Source: Macrostomum lignano
Lineage: Eukaryota
NCBI GenBank assembly: GCA_002269645.1
Contig: NIVC01000748.1
Coordinates: 1 to 64,000, forward strand
Length of the DNA stretch: 64,000 nt
Direction: 5' to 3'
Below, piece after piece: positions 50,417 through 63,453 of this stretch. Below the pieces are notes generated by a model. That model was not told where the DNA came from. It made no database searches and was given only the letters and a program-made list of their open reading frames with translations. Position numbers and translations under genes: made by a program. Each line of letters begins with the position of its first letter. Position 1 is the stretch's first letter.

Positions 50417-51137
50417 GGGAATCTTGGGGAAGATGGGGAATCTTAAGGAAGATGGGGAATCTTAAGGAAGATGGGGAATCTTGGGGAAGATGTGGAATCT
50501 TAAGGAAGATGGGGAATCTTGGGGAAGATGTGGAATCTTGGGGAAGATGGGGAATCTTGGGAAAGATGGGGAATCTTGGGGAAGATGGGGAATCTTAAGG
50601 AAGATGGGGAATCTTGGGGAAGATAGGGAATCTTGGGGAAGATGGGGAATCTTAAGGAAGATGGGGAATCTTGGGGAAGATGGGGAATCTTAAGGAAGAT
50701 GGGGAATCTTGGGGAAGATGTGGAATCTTAAGGAAGATGGGGAATCTTGGGGAAGATGGGGAATCTTGGGGAAGATGGGGAATCTTGGGAAAGATGGGGA
50801 ATCTTGGCGAAGATGGGGAATCTTGGGGAAGATGGGGAATCTTGGGAAAGATGGGGAATCTTGGCGAAGATGGGGAATCTTGGGGAAGATGTGGAATCTT
50901 GGGGAAGATGGGGAATCTTAAGGAAGATGGGGAATCTTCAGGAAGATGGGGAATCTTCAGGAAGATGTGGAATCTTAAGGAAGATGGGGAATCTTGGGGA
51001 AGATGTGGAATCTTGGGGAAGATGGGGAATCTTGGGAAAGATAGGGAATCTTGGGAAAGATAGGGAATCTTGGGGAAGATGGGGAATCTTGGGGAAGATG
51101 GGGAATCTTGGGGAAGATGGGGAATCTTGGGGAAGAT
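50417..51137. repeat. 19-bp G-rich minisatellite GGGGAATCTTGGGGAAGAT x~38
   Basis: Tandem periodicity. Confidence 0.97.
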
Positions 51138-51974
51138 ACGCTGTACACAGTGCTGTACGTATGCGGAATGCAGGTAGGCCGTTGCTTCGAAATTGTCACT
51201 GGCAGTCAAATGTCAAGTCAAGTGTCACTGGGAGTCAATTGTCACTGGCAGTCAATTGTCACTGACAGTCAAAGTCTCACCAATTAAATAACAAAATCTT
51301 TCTGTAAACAAGTACCTTCGATAAATTAGGAGTACACACAGGTATAATTCAGTACTGGCATATATATAAATATTACAATGTATTAATAAACAGAAAGTGA
51401 GCCCAGATTAACTGAACAGATTGGTCAAGCCAAACTTTATCAATGGATATATTATTACAGTATCGTATTCTGTAAGAGAAACTAACATGAAAAGATATAA
51501 AATATTAATAACGCAAAACAAAACAAGACGAAGGAAAATAAGGCAAAAATGATCCAAACCAATCATTTTACAGCGCAGGTTTGTTCGCACAAAAACGCAC
51601 ACACGCGGTTAAACAAATGTCTGGGATGTAAATCTTCATATTTCGGTTGAGCAGACTGGCAGACTAGAACAGAATCAAAACAATCAAAAGAACTCAGCAA
51701 AGGAAGCTCAGTTATAAACTACTAAATTTATTTCAACGTTGGGATTTTTTAGTTCAAAGAATCTTTTTTATACTCGTAAATAAACAGGCACACGCACAGA
51801 TGCAAAGTATTAAATTAAATAATACAAATGTAGTCAATTGAGATAAAATTCTAGTAAACAAAAATGTTTTTTAAAGGAATAACGTTTAACATTCGCGTTG
51901 CAACGAAAAGAACTGTTTGTCCATGGTATTGCAGATCAGATCTCCAAGGCTCACTTGGGCAATGCTGAGATGTC

Positions 51975-52360
51975 AATGCTCAACTAAGGGAATTCTGAGA
52001 CCCCCATGCTCAAAAAGGGGAATTCTGAGATCCCAATGCTCAACTAAGGGAATTCTGAGATTCCAATGCTCAACTAGGGGGGTTCTGAGATCCCAATGTT
52101 CAACTAGGGGAATTCTGAGATCCGTATACTCAAATAAGGGGAATTTAGAGATCCCAATGCTCAAATAGGGGAATTCTGAGACCCCAATACTCAAATAGGG
52201 GAATTCTGAGACCCCAATGCTCAAATAGGGGAATTCTGAGACCCCAATGCTCAAATAGGGGAATTCTGAGACCCCAATGCTCAAATAGGAGAATTCTGAG
52301 ACCCCAATGCTCAAATAGGGGAATTCTGAGACCCCAATACTCAAATAGGGGAATTCTGAG
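51975..52360. repeat. 30-bp minisatellite GGGGAATTCTGAGACCCCAATGCTCAAATA x~12
   Basis: Tandem periodicity just downstream of the RUN-PDZ-PTB stop. Confidence 0.95.
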
Positions 52361-52438
52361 ACAGGACTAAGGGAGAGACGTTGAGACGCCCTGAAAAAAG
52401 TGAGTTCGGCTGCAACGATTTTGTTAATCTGTACCCAA

Positions 52439-55400
52439 TCACAGAGCCCAATGAGTCCGCTCAAAGCCCTGAGCAATGCTGCACAATATCGTACGGGACT
52501 CGTAATCGCTCCTAGCCTCGAATACGTGACAGCGAAAGTCCCTGGCAATGGTGCAGGTTGTCTCGCCGCCCATATAGGCTACGAAACGGACGCAATCGAG
52601 CCTGCGACCACACGAAGCAATCTGAGGATAGGCGTGGCGCACCAGCACTTCTCCAGTCTGACAGTCTATGGCTAAAACTTCTTTCTCGTCTAGTTCTAAT
52701 TGGCAGGGCCTGTAGACGGCGGGATCGGGGAAGGCGGCCAGGACTCGCTCGATGCCCGGCTCGATAGAGGACACGCCGCCATTGCTGCCCATGGACAGGT
52801 TGCCGACGTAGCGGACTGAGTATGTCGGAGCCATGTCGGGATTGGCTGCCGGTATGTCGTCCGACGCGTCCTCGTCTAGACGGGCGTGAATTGGCATCAG
52901 CTGGGATTGCCCAGCGGCGCCGTCCTCCGCCAGCGGATCGTCGAAGTTGACGCCCGGGATGCCGCGGGGAGCCTGCGGACAGTGGGGAGTGAATATTTGA
53001 GTTCATCCTGGTTAAAGTTTCTTACTTAACTAAGTGAGAAACCAGCAATATGAAATTCAAAACCTACAGAATGGATCCCCTACCTACACAACAGTGGATC
53101 CCACACCTACAGATAGGATCCCACACCTAAAGATAGGATCCCACACCTACAGATAGGATCCCACACCTACAGATAGGATCCCACACCTACAGATAAGATC
53201 CCACACCTACAGATAGGATCCCACACCTACAGATAGGATCCTACACCTACAGATAGGATCCCACACCTACAGATAGGATCCCACACCTACAGATAGGATC
53301 CCACACCTACAGATAAGATCCCACACATACAGATAAGATCCCACACATACAGATAAGATCCCACACCTACAGATAAGATCCTACACCTACAGAGAGGATC
53401 CCACACCTACAGATCGGATCCCACACCTACAGATAAGATCCTACACCTACAGAGAGGATCCCACACCTACAGAGAGGATCCCACACCTACAGATAGGATC
53501 CCACACCTACAGATAGGATCCCACACCTACAGATCGGATCCCACACCTACAGATCGGATCCCACACCTACAGATAAGATCCTACACCTACAGAGAGGATC
53601 CCACACCTACAGATCGGATCCCACACCTACAGATCGGATCCCACACCTACAGATCGGATCCCACACCTACAGATAAGATCCTACACCTACAGAGAGGATC
53701 CCACACCTACAGAGAGGATCCCACACCTACAGATCGGATCCCACACCTACACATACATGCGCAACAGTCGGCCGAGTCGGCCGATCCGGCCGACCGATTT
53801 GGCGGCCAACCAAGGAAGTCGCAAAAATGCCCACCCGAAAAAATAATCAGGTAGTAGTACTAAGTAGCTGACGAGGCATATTGGCTTAATAAGACAGTCA
53901 TAGTTACTCCTGCCGTTTACCCAAAGTTGCGTTAATTTTGCTTTAGGGTTTTTTTACATGTAAGTCGCATTTTTGGCCAAAAACTACGTCGCATTTTTGT
54001 TAAAACTAAGTCGCATGGCCGACCGAATTTCAGAGGTTGCGCATGTATGCACCTACAGATCGGATCCCACACCTACAGATAGGATCCCACACCTACAGAT
54101 AAGATCCCACACCTACAGATCGGATCCCACACCTACAGATCGGATCCCACACCTACAGATAAGATCCTACACCTACAGATCGGATCCCACACCTACAGAT
54201 AAGATCCTACACCTACAGATAGGATCCCACACCTACAGATAGGATCCCACAACTACAGATAGCATCCCACACCTACAGATAGGATCCCACACCTACAGAT
54301 AGCATCCCACACCTACAGATAGCATCCCACACCTACAGATAGGATCCCACACCTACAGATAGGATCCCACACCTACAGATCGGATCCCACACCTACAGAT
54401 AAGAGCCCACACATACAGATAGCATCCCACACCTACAGATAGGATCCCACACCTACAGATCGGATCCCACACCTACAGATAGGATCCCACACCTACAGAT
54501 AGGATCCCACACCTACAGATAGGATCCCACACCTACAGATAAGGATCCCACACCTACAGATAAGATCCCACACCTACAGATAGGATCCCACACTTACAGA
54601 TAGGATCCCACACCTACAGATAGGATCCCACACCTACAGATAAGATCCCACACCTACAGATAGCATCCCACACCTACAGATAGCATCCCACACCTACAGA
54701 TAGGATCCCACACCTACAGATAGGATCCCACACCTACAGATAGGATCCCACACCTACAGATAGCATCCCACACCTACAGATAGGATCCCACACCTACAGA
54801 TAGGATCCCACACCTACAGATAGGATCCCACACCTACAGATAGGATCCCACACCTACAGATAAGGATCCCACACCTACAGATAAGATCCCACACCTACAG
54901 ATAGGATCCCACACTTACAGATAGGATCCCACACCTACAGATAGGATCCCACACCTACAGATAAGATCCCACACCTACAGATAGCATCCCACACCTACAG
55001 ATAGCATCCCACACCTACAGATAGCATCCCACACCTACAGATAGGATCCCACACCTACAGATAGGATCCCACACCTACAGATAGGATCCCACACCTACAG
55101 ATAGCATCCCACACCTACAGATAGGATCCCACACCTACAGATAGCATCCCACACCTACAGATAGGATCCCACACCTACAGATAGGATCCCACACCTACAG
55201 ATAGGATCCCACACCTACAGATAGGATCCCACACCTACAGATAGCATCCCACACCTACAGATTAGATCCCACACCTACAGATTAGATCCCACACCTACAG
55301 ATCGGATCCCATACCTACAGATCCCATCCCATACCCACACCTACAGAATAGATCCCACACCTACAGATCGGATTCCATACCTACAGATCCCATCCCATAC

Positions 55401-57236
55401 CCACACCTACAGATAGGATCCCACACCTACAGAATTCACCCCCACGGGAAATTTCTTGAGTAGAATCTGACGCGGAAATCTCGCAGCTACAAAAGACACA
55501 GACAGCTCACCCTGGGCGCGTCCGGGTGCCGCCGGACGTGATTGAGAAGGCCAGCCTGACCGGCAGACTTCAACAGGTGCAGCAGCGGCTGATACAGGCT
55601 GGCATCCGGTAGTCTGGCCTTAATAAACCAAGTGGGCACCGGCCAACCCTGATTGTCCTTAATCATCTTGCGTATCCGGGCCCCGTTGAATTTGATGCAT
55701 TGGCCCAGCAGTTCGTCTAGGATGTCGCCAGGCTCAATTTTGGCGTCTTCGGCGGCTACGGAACCGGGTAGGACGGTTTCAACCACCTGCCGCACGGAGG
55801 GAGGGAGTCCAGTCACAGAGAGTTTGGTTCAGAGAGGTTTCAGGAGAGACTTCAGAGACACTTCAGGAGAGATTTCAGAGACACTTCAGGAGAGATTTCA
55901 GAGACACTTCAGGAGAGACTTCAGAGACACTTCAGGAGAGATTTCAAGGACACTCCAGGAGAGATTTCAGAGACACTTCAGGGAGATTTCAGAGACTTCA
56001 GGGAGATTTCAGAGACACTTCAGGAGAGACTTCAGAGACACTTCAGGGAGATTTCAGAGACACTTCAGGAGAGATTTCAGAGGCACTTCAGGAGAGATTT
56101 CAGAGGCACTTCAGGAGAGATTTCAGAGGCACTTCAGGAGAGATTTCAGAGGCACTTCAGGAGAGATTTCAGAGGCACTTCAGAAGACTCAGGAGTCTAA
56201 TAAAAGGGTGCCTAACCCTACACAGACAAAGCTCAGCAAATCGAGCCTGCCCCTTTCCTACCTGATGTCCCTGCATGCAGACGAGATGCAGGCCCAGCTT
56301 AGAGCAGGGCACGAACTCGTAGTAGCAGTATCTAGGCAGCGACCAGCTGCAGTCAAGGAAGGCGGCATTGCGCAGATTCAGTGCAAATTTCGCTTTGGAC
56401 AGTTCCAGCAGCAGGCTAGCGAGAATCTCGGCCAGGATGTCGTTGCCGACAATCGAGTAGAGATCGTCGTAGAAGTCGGCGGCCTGTCGCAGCACCCGGC
56501 AGAGTGTCAGCACCGGCCAGTGGATGAGGCGGCGCTGTAGAAGGCAGCGCACCAGAAGGCGTCCGCGGCCCAGCGGCTCTCGGACTCGAGGCTCGGATTT
56601 GGCTGCCTGCCAAAATATAATGCCAACAATTGAGATCCAAGCTCAAACCAATCAGAATTGAGATCCCAGCTCGAGCCAATCAGAATTGAGATCTCAGCTC
56701 GAGCCAATCAGAATTGAGATCTCAGCTCGAGCCAATCAGAATTGAGATCTCAGCTCGAGCCAATCAGAATTGAGATCTCAGCTCGACAGCTCAAACCAAT
56801 CAGATTTGAGATCCCAGCTCGACAGCTCAAACCAATCAGATTTGAGATCCTAAACTCAAAAGCCTGCCTGAATGAATAAAAAATGATGAGTCAGCTTTCC
56901 TACCTGAATTGCTGCCTCAACCCCGGGATGCAGGTGCCCGCCGCCCAGACTGTCGGAGCCGCCAGCTCCTGGAACCTGTTGAAAGTCTAACGTGACGCCA
57001 GGAGGTCGCCTTGAGCACAAATCCGGCAAGAGAAACATCCAGTGATAGCAATCTCGATGCCCAGAGAACAGACCAGCTGATTGACGTAAGCCTTTGGCTA
57101 AAATCTCTTCAAGAGTTGAACAGAGCGGCTCCAGACTAGGGTGACTGTCTGGTATGTCCGCCTGCGGCGGGTCGCCAACCCGCAACGATAGTACGTGTTG
57201 CTTCAGCCGTTTTAACAAAGGATCCGAGACTGACAT
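52439..57236 (-). CDS. RUN-PDZ-PTB domain protein (LOC417372-type architecture), 4 exons, 495 aa
   Basis: Exons 56904-57236, 56262-56606, 55511-55786 and 52439-52972, all phase 0 GT-AG. RUN: LCSTLEEILAKGL, GRGRLLVRCLLQ, FY..YSIV. PDZ: KLGLHL, VLPGSVAAE..IEPGDILDE. PTB: YSVRYVG, FVAYMGG, CHVFEA, IAQGF. Confidence 0.85.
53065..55432. repeat. 20-bp minisatellite CCCACACCTACAGATAGGAT, split by a hAT-like insertion
   Basis: Tandem periodicity on both sides of 53752-54049. Confidence 0.97.
53752..54049. mobile_element. Non-autonomous hAT-like element (298 bp) inserted in a 20-bp minisatellite
   Basis: Perfect 14-bp TIR CATACATGCGCAAC...GTTGCGCATGTATG; 8-bp flanking duplication CACCTACA; repeated internal GTCGCA motifs. 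Confidence 0.8.
55835..56185. repeat. 23-bp minisatellite TTCAGGAGAGATTTCAGAG(A/G)CAC
   Basis: Tandem periodicity; RUN-gene intron 2. Confidence 0.95.
56625..56852. repeat. 28-bp minisatellite GCTCGAGCCAATCAGAATTGAGATCTCA
   Basis: Tandem periodicity; RUN-gene intron 1. Confidence 0.93.
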
Positions 57237-57312
57237 TTTTTATCGGAATGCTGTTGCTGTTGGGATCATTCTGTGGATTGTTTAAATATTTTATATTAGC
57301 TAATTAATCTGC

Positions 57313-58820
57313 GTCTAACTGGAGTAGCTCAGGATGAGCAGTTGAGTAGTCTAACTGGAGTAGCTCAGGGTGAGCAGTTGAGTAGTCTAACTGGAGTAGC
57401 TCAGGATGAGCAGTTGAGTAGTCTAACTGGAGTAGCTCAGGATGAGCAGTTGAGTAGTTTAACTGGAGTAGCTCAGAGTGAGCAGTTGAGTAGTTTAACT
57501 GGAGTAGCTCAGAGTGAGCAGTTGAGTAGTCTAACTGGAGTAGCTTAGGGTGAGCAGTTGAGTAGTTTAACTGGAGTAGCTCAGGATGAGCAGTTGAGTA
57601 GTCTAACTGGAGTAGCTCAGAGTGAGCAGTTGAGTAGTCTAACTGGAGTAGCTCAGAGTGAGCAGTTGAGTAGTTTAACTGGAGTAGCTCAGAGTGAGCA
57701 GTTGAGTAGTCTAACTGGAGTAGCTTAGGGTGAGCAGTTGAGTAGTTTAACTGGAGTAGCTCAGGATGAGCAGTTGAGTAGTTTAACTGGAGTAGCTCAG
57801 AGTGAGCAGTTGAGTAGTCTAACTGGAGTAGCTTAGGGTGAGCAGTTGAGTAGTTTAACTGGAGTAGCTCAGGATGAGCAGTTGAGTAGTTTAACTGGAG
57901 TAGCTCAGAGTGAGCAGTTGAGTAGTCTAACTGGAGTAGCTTAGGGTGAGCAGTTGAGTAGTTTAACTGGAGTAGCTTAGGGTGAGCAGTTGAGTAGTCT
58001 AACTGGAGTAGCTCAGGATGAGCAGTTGAGTAGTCTAACTGGAGTAGCTCAGGATGAGCAGTTGAGTAGTTTAACTGGAGTAGCTCAGGATGAGCAGTTG
58101 AGTAGTCTAACTGGAGTAGCTCAGGATGAGCAGTTGAGTAGTCTAACTGGAGTAGCTCAGGATGAGCAGTTGAGTAGTCTAACTGGAGTAGCTCAGGATG
58201 AGCAGTTGAGTAGTTTAACTGGAGTAGCTCAGGATGAGCAGTTGAGTAGTCTAACTGGAGTAGCTTAGGGTGAGCAGTTGAGTAGTCTAACTGGAGTAGC
58301 TCAGGATGAGCAGTTGAGTAGTCTAACTGGAGTAGCTCAGGATGAGCAGTTGAGTAGATTAACTGGAGTAGCTTAGGGTGAGCAGTTGAGTAGTTTAACT
58401 GGAGTAGCTCAGGATGAGCAGTTGAGTAGTTTAACTGGAGTAGCTCAGAGTGAGCAGTTGATTAGTCTAACTGGAGTAGCTTAGGATGAGCAGTTGAGTA
58501 GTTTAACTGGAGTAGCTCAGGATGAGCAGTTGAGTAGTTTAACTGGAGTAGCTCAGGATGAGCAGTTGAGTAGTCTAACTAGAGTAGCTCAGGGTGAGCA
58601 GTTGAGTAGTCTAACTGGAGTAGCTCAGGATGAGCAGTTGAGTAGTCTAAATGGAGTAGCTCAGGATGAGCAGTTGAGTAGTCTAAATGGAGTAGCCCAG
58701 GGTGAGCAGGTGAGTGGATGATCTAGCCTGAGTAGCCCAGGGTGAGCAGGTGGGTGGATGATCTAGCCTGAGTAGCCCAGGGTGAGCAGGTAAGTGGATG
58801 ATCTAGCCTGAGTAGCCCAA
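57313..58820. repeat. 36-bp minisatellite x~38, changing to a ~40-bp variant at the right end
   Basis: GTAGTCTAACTGGAGTAGCTCAGGATGAGCAGTTGA. Confidence 0.97.
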
Positions 58821-59639
58821 TATAGCACAGGTAAAACATTCCTTAGTAAACTAATTTAGTAACAAGCCTACAATTGACAATAAATAAACCAGTTAGAAGG
58901 CCATGCTCGCACTTACAGAATTGAACTAATCAACTTAAAAAAAGTTTATTGAACATGGAACAAAAAAATGTTTAAATAACATATATATTATTGTTTTTAT
59001 TGTTTAGTTTAATTCACAAAAAGCACACAAATTCATTCACAGAAGCAGAACGCACACAACGATAAAAAAGGTAATGAGACAACCCATAGGAAAAAAGACT
59101 TTGTTAAATTGCTTTATTAAAGCTAATATGGATTATGGATTTACTATTTATATTAAGAAAAAATTCTTAAATAGGTATTTTTAAGTAGCTGCAATACTTC
59201 GATACAGAGTGGACACAAGCGTGTAATCAAGTACAATTTAGTAAAATAATTTTACTAATGAAGCTAATTACATACTTTATTAAAAACAGTAGTAACTTTG
59301 TAATATTAAATTTACTAGGGTGAAACAAAAACTTAAAAATGTAAGAAACCATTTCAAGACATAAATGTACTTTAACAATTTTTTTTCAAACTTTATGTAC
59401 AACACACGGGAAAATGTGCAACACTCTACTGAATTAACTAAATGAGTAGCGACACGGAAATATTTTACAAGTATATGCACATGCTATAGAATAAAGTAAT
59501 GATAGATGAAGTATTGAGTTTAGTCAAGGCAAAGTTTATTATCTAGTAAAATCAATTAAATCTGAATTGGTTGTGTTATTAATGTTTATCATAACAGATT
59601 TGCTCTATTCCTACTAAAAGTACAGTAATTACCCGATAA

Positions 59640-59790
59640 AAACTGTACTCAGGCCAAGAAGCGCCCAGAGTTGTTGCAGGTAACACTGGTAAAATTGGAA
59701 AGAATTGACTCCAGACGACTCACGTTTAAATTGGAGTCAATTTGAGGCGTTTTTTATTGTTTGCGACTCTGGGGCCGTAGAGTCTGGTTC
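59640..59790. repeat. Dispersed repeat, uninterrupted copy of the element split by the MITE at 61735-62090
   Basis: Shared GCCAAGAAGCG..CCCAGAGT..TGCAGGTAAC..GGAAAGAATTGACTC..GACGACTC and GACTCTGG.GCCGTAGAGTC blocks. Confidence 0.7.
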
Positions 59791-60881
59791 GAATTTACGA
59801 TTTTATAAAAACCCTATGTAGTCTACTTGGGTTAGTAGAAAGTTATAGGCTAACTCGACTCGAAAGTTATAATAGGCTTTTTCTTGTTTGCAGACTCTTC
59901 AGCGATTCTTGTCACGGTAAGGTTTTCAACAGGTTAAAGCTGATTAATTTATTACATCAGCGTGAATTACAATTAAGTAATTTAAAACACATTTAACCAA
60001 TATTAAAAGCCTGCATATTTCAAGCTTTGCAAGAAGAAAACAGATTATTCCTGGAAATGAATTAAAGCAGAATTACTACCCAAAGAAAGCAAGTTACATG
60101 AGCAAGCACCAAAACAGGATTTAGTAAATTGAATTGATTCAGTTCAAGAAAAGTTTTATTTAAACATTATTTATCAAGCAAATTGGTGTGAACTAATTAG
60201 TACCTGTTTATGAATTCATACTAATTTTATTAAGTATTATAGTATGTATTATAAGATTATAAATCAACAAAATTCGACCACTCAGCGCTGACTGTCATCC
60301 TGTCAATCTATTTGCTTTTGTTTATTAGAGGCATCATTACTGGCATTTAATTTGTTCCATATAGCGGCTCCATACTTCACTTTAAGATTTTCATTCAGAC
60401 GAAAGTGAGGCAAGTGAAGAACGAAAGCAATGCTACATTTGCAAGAATTGCAACTGCCACGGAGAATCAAGATCAGTCCCTGAATTGTGGACCATGCTAA
60501 ATGACGTCACCTCGTGTTGGGTGTAGTGAAATTTGCTAAAAATAAATTGCGGCATTACACAACTGTAACTCATGCTTGGGTTTTATAGCCACTATGGGCC
60601 AGATTGAATGCTGCTGTGCCAGCCTTGCTACCACAGACAAAAGCTCCGTTACTTTGGAGCAGCCGAAGGTACTGTCTATGGTCCAAACCGCTGCGCACCC
60701 AGACGGCTTCAGAAGCCTCCTATCAGGTAGAACACTTAACACAAACCTGACGTTTTAGTGTATCCCTTTTTCTCGTGTAAATAGATATATTTCATGAATT
60801 TTGTTGTGAATAAGACATTGAGTGGCGTATCTTGCTGATATTCAAATTTGATTATATATTTATAGATGTGGTATACAGAGT

Positions 60882-63453
60882 CTACCGACCAATCAGCTGC
60901 CTGTAGTGGGCGGAGCTGGATGCAGAGCCGCCGCCGCCGGCCCCTCCTGGCACTGTTGAGGCCGACGACGAGGCCGCAGCGGCAGCGGCAGCGGCAGCAA
61001 CGGCGGCGGCGGCCGACAAGCTGCTAGGAGTGACTGCGGCTACAGGTGGGACTACAGTAGCCCGGGCTTGAGTACAGGTGGCCATGTGCTGAGGCCAGTG
61101 CTTCTGCTGACAGGCAGTATCGCAGTACGAAGTGTTCCAACAGCAATAAAAGAATGCCTCCTTGCGACAGTAGGCGCACCATTGTTTCTTTTTTGTATCC
61201 TCAATTTTGCGCTTCAATTCGGATTCAAGCGAGTGCAGAGCGTCGCTAAGTACTTTCTGTTTTTCAATGTCAAACGCGGCCCGCTGTTCGCACATGGCTA
61301 GGCGGTGATTGTGCTCCATCTCGTGCACCTGCAGCTGGTGACGGAATACCAGCTTGGCCCGGTCTGCCGCGTGCTGCCGGCTCATTATGAGCAGTTTCTG
61401 TTTAAGGGAGGCCAACTCTTCATCGGCTGGGGTGGATGCTGAGGCAGATTGCTGAGCAGCTGAGACTGGCGGCTGGACAGGATTAGCTCCTGTTGTTTCC
61501 ATGGAAACACCAGATAAACTAGAGGACGAGACTGGTCCGCCACGTGCTAACTGGGCTAGGCTGTGCTCAAGAGCCTGGGCAAATGATTGAACAGCCATAG
61601 CTCGCATCTGCTCAAGCCAAGGATCAGTTGATGAGGAACATGATGAAGCTGTAACAGCAGCCCCGATGGTGCTCAGTGCTGCGGGTATTGAATGAATTTC
61701 TGTTTAAATGCAGAATCAGTACGATACCAATGAAAACGGTACCTATGCCAAGAAGCGTCCCAGACATACATGCGCAACCTTGGGAATCACTCGGCCGTTT
61801 CTACACACATGTAAGTCGCTATTGGCTGAGAGCAGTCACGTGACTACTATTCCGTCCAATAGCGACTTACATGTGTGTGTTGCCAATAGAAACGGCCGGA
61901 TGAATCCCTAGGTTGCGCCCAAGCATGGTCCCAGAGTCATTGCAGGTAACTCAGGTAAAATAGGAAAGAATTGACTCTAGACGACTCTGAAATGACAAAA
62001 TGTCACGGTACAATGTCAATACATTGTCTACAGCTCTGAAGTGACTTTGGGGTGCTTATATAATGACTCTGGAGCCGTAGAGTCGTAGCTGAGGCGTGCT
62101 CTGAAAACTTCGCCTCATCTACTACTGCAAGTAACTTAACATTCAAAAACTGTTTAAAAAAGCCAGAAAACTTCGCACCATTATTGTTAGTTGAAGTCGT
62201 GGCGGTGCTGCTAGCTGCAACAGATGATGCTGCACATGATGAAACGTTAGTTGACTCTTTAATTGTTGAGTTCTGCTGAGCAGTGGCAATATGAGTGGCA
62301 GTATTAGCACTGGCAGATTTCGCACCGGTAGAAGTTAAACCTACGGACGGATATTAAAGCACTTAGGTCAGTTGTGACAAAACAGGATGATTTTTGCTGA
62401 GCTCTGCGCAACAGACGCTTAAATTGGCGCCCTCTAGCTAAAAATGGCGCCTTTTAGCTTAAATTGTGACGTCTTCTAACTAAAAATGGCGGCTTTTTCT
62501 TACTAAAATGGCGCCTTCCAACTAAAAGTGGCGCCTTCTAACTAATAGTGGCGACTTCCAACTAAAATGGCGCCTTCCAACTAAAAGTGGCGCCTTCTAA
62601 CTAAAAGTAGCGACTTCCAACTAAAAGTGGCGCCTTTTAACTAAAAGTGGCGCCTTCTAACTAAAAGTGGCGACTTCTAACTAAAAGTGGCGCCTTCCAA
62701 CTAAAAGTGGCGCCTTCTAACTAATAGTTGCGCCTTTTAACTAAAAGTGGCGCCTTCTAACTAATAGTGGCGACTTCTAACTAAAAGTGGCGCCTTCTAA
62801 CTAATAGTGGCGCCTTCCAACTAAAAGTGGCGACTTCCAACTAAAAGTGGCGCCTTTTAACTAAAAGTGGCGCCTTCTAACTAAAAGTGGCGACTTCTAA
62901 CTAAAAGTGGCGCCTTCCAACTAAAAGTGGCGCCTTCTAACTAATAGTGGGCGCCTTTTAACTAATAGGGGCGCCTTCCAATTAAATGGCGCCTTTTTCT
63001 TAGTAAAAGTGGCGTCTTCTCAATAAAAGGGGCGCCTTCTAACTAAAGTGGCGCTATTTAACTAAAAGTGGTGCTATCTGACTAAAAGTGGCGCCTTTTA
63101 ACTAAAATTTCGCTAGAATCATACCATCTGCTGCACTAGTAACGGTCGCAGCAGCAGCAGCAGCAGCCAGAGATTCTGTAGATTTAGCTTCAACAGCCGG
63201 GGATAGGCAGGACACTGAAGAGCTGCCCCGACTATTAGGCCGAGCAGGATCTGACGGCGCGCCGATAGAAGCTTTAGACGATCGTCTAGGCCGCTTGCCA
63301 GTAGTGCTTGCAGCTGTTGAACTACTATTAGTAGCAGCAAAAGATGACAATGCCGGTATGGTGTGCTTCGGTCGCAAGCTGGTAAATAGTTGGTCGGCTA
63401 GGGATTGGGAATAGGGCGTGTCCGGCGCCGGCAGCTGCAGAGCGTCACCGTAT
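60882..63453 (-). CDS. ZMYND8: ZMYND8/RACK7-like chromatin reader, last three exons (63125-63453, 62179-62340, 60882-61699); gene continues past the right edge
   Basis: Coiled coil followed by the MYND finger TKKKQWCAYCRKEAFFYCCWNTSYCDTACQQKHWPQHMATC, closer to the ZMYND8 than the ZMYND11 pattern as I recall them. Exon phases are consistent. Confidence 0.8.
61765..61927. mobile_element. Palindromic MITE, hAT-like (163 bp, 8-bp TSD GTCCCAGA)
   Basis: Same as 45800-45971 minus 9 bp; starts CATACATGCGCAAC; TSD at 61757-61764 and 61928-61935. Confidence 0.8.
62420..63105. repeat. 20-bp minisatellite CTAAAAGTGGCGCCTTCTAA (ZMYND8-like intron)
   Basis: Tandem periodicity. Confidence 0.95.

Noticed and set aside
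60882-61200. Calling the MYND gene ZMYND11/BS69
   Set aside because: The WCAYCRKEAFFYCCW...HWPQHMATC pattern fits ZMYND8 better from memory; a phylogeny is needed since the N-terminus is outside the window.
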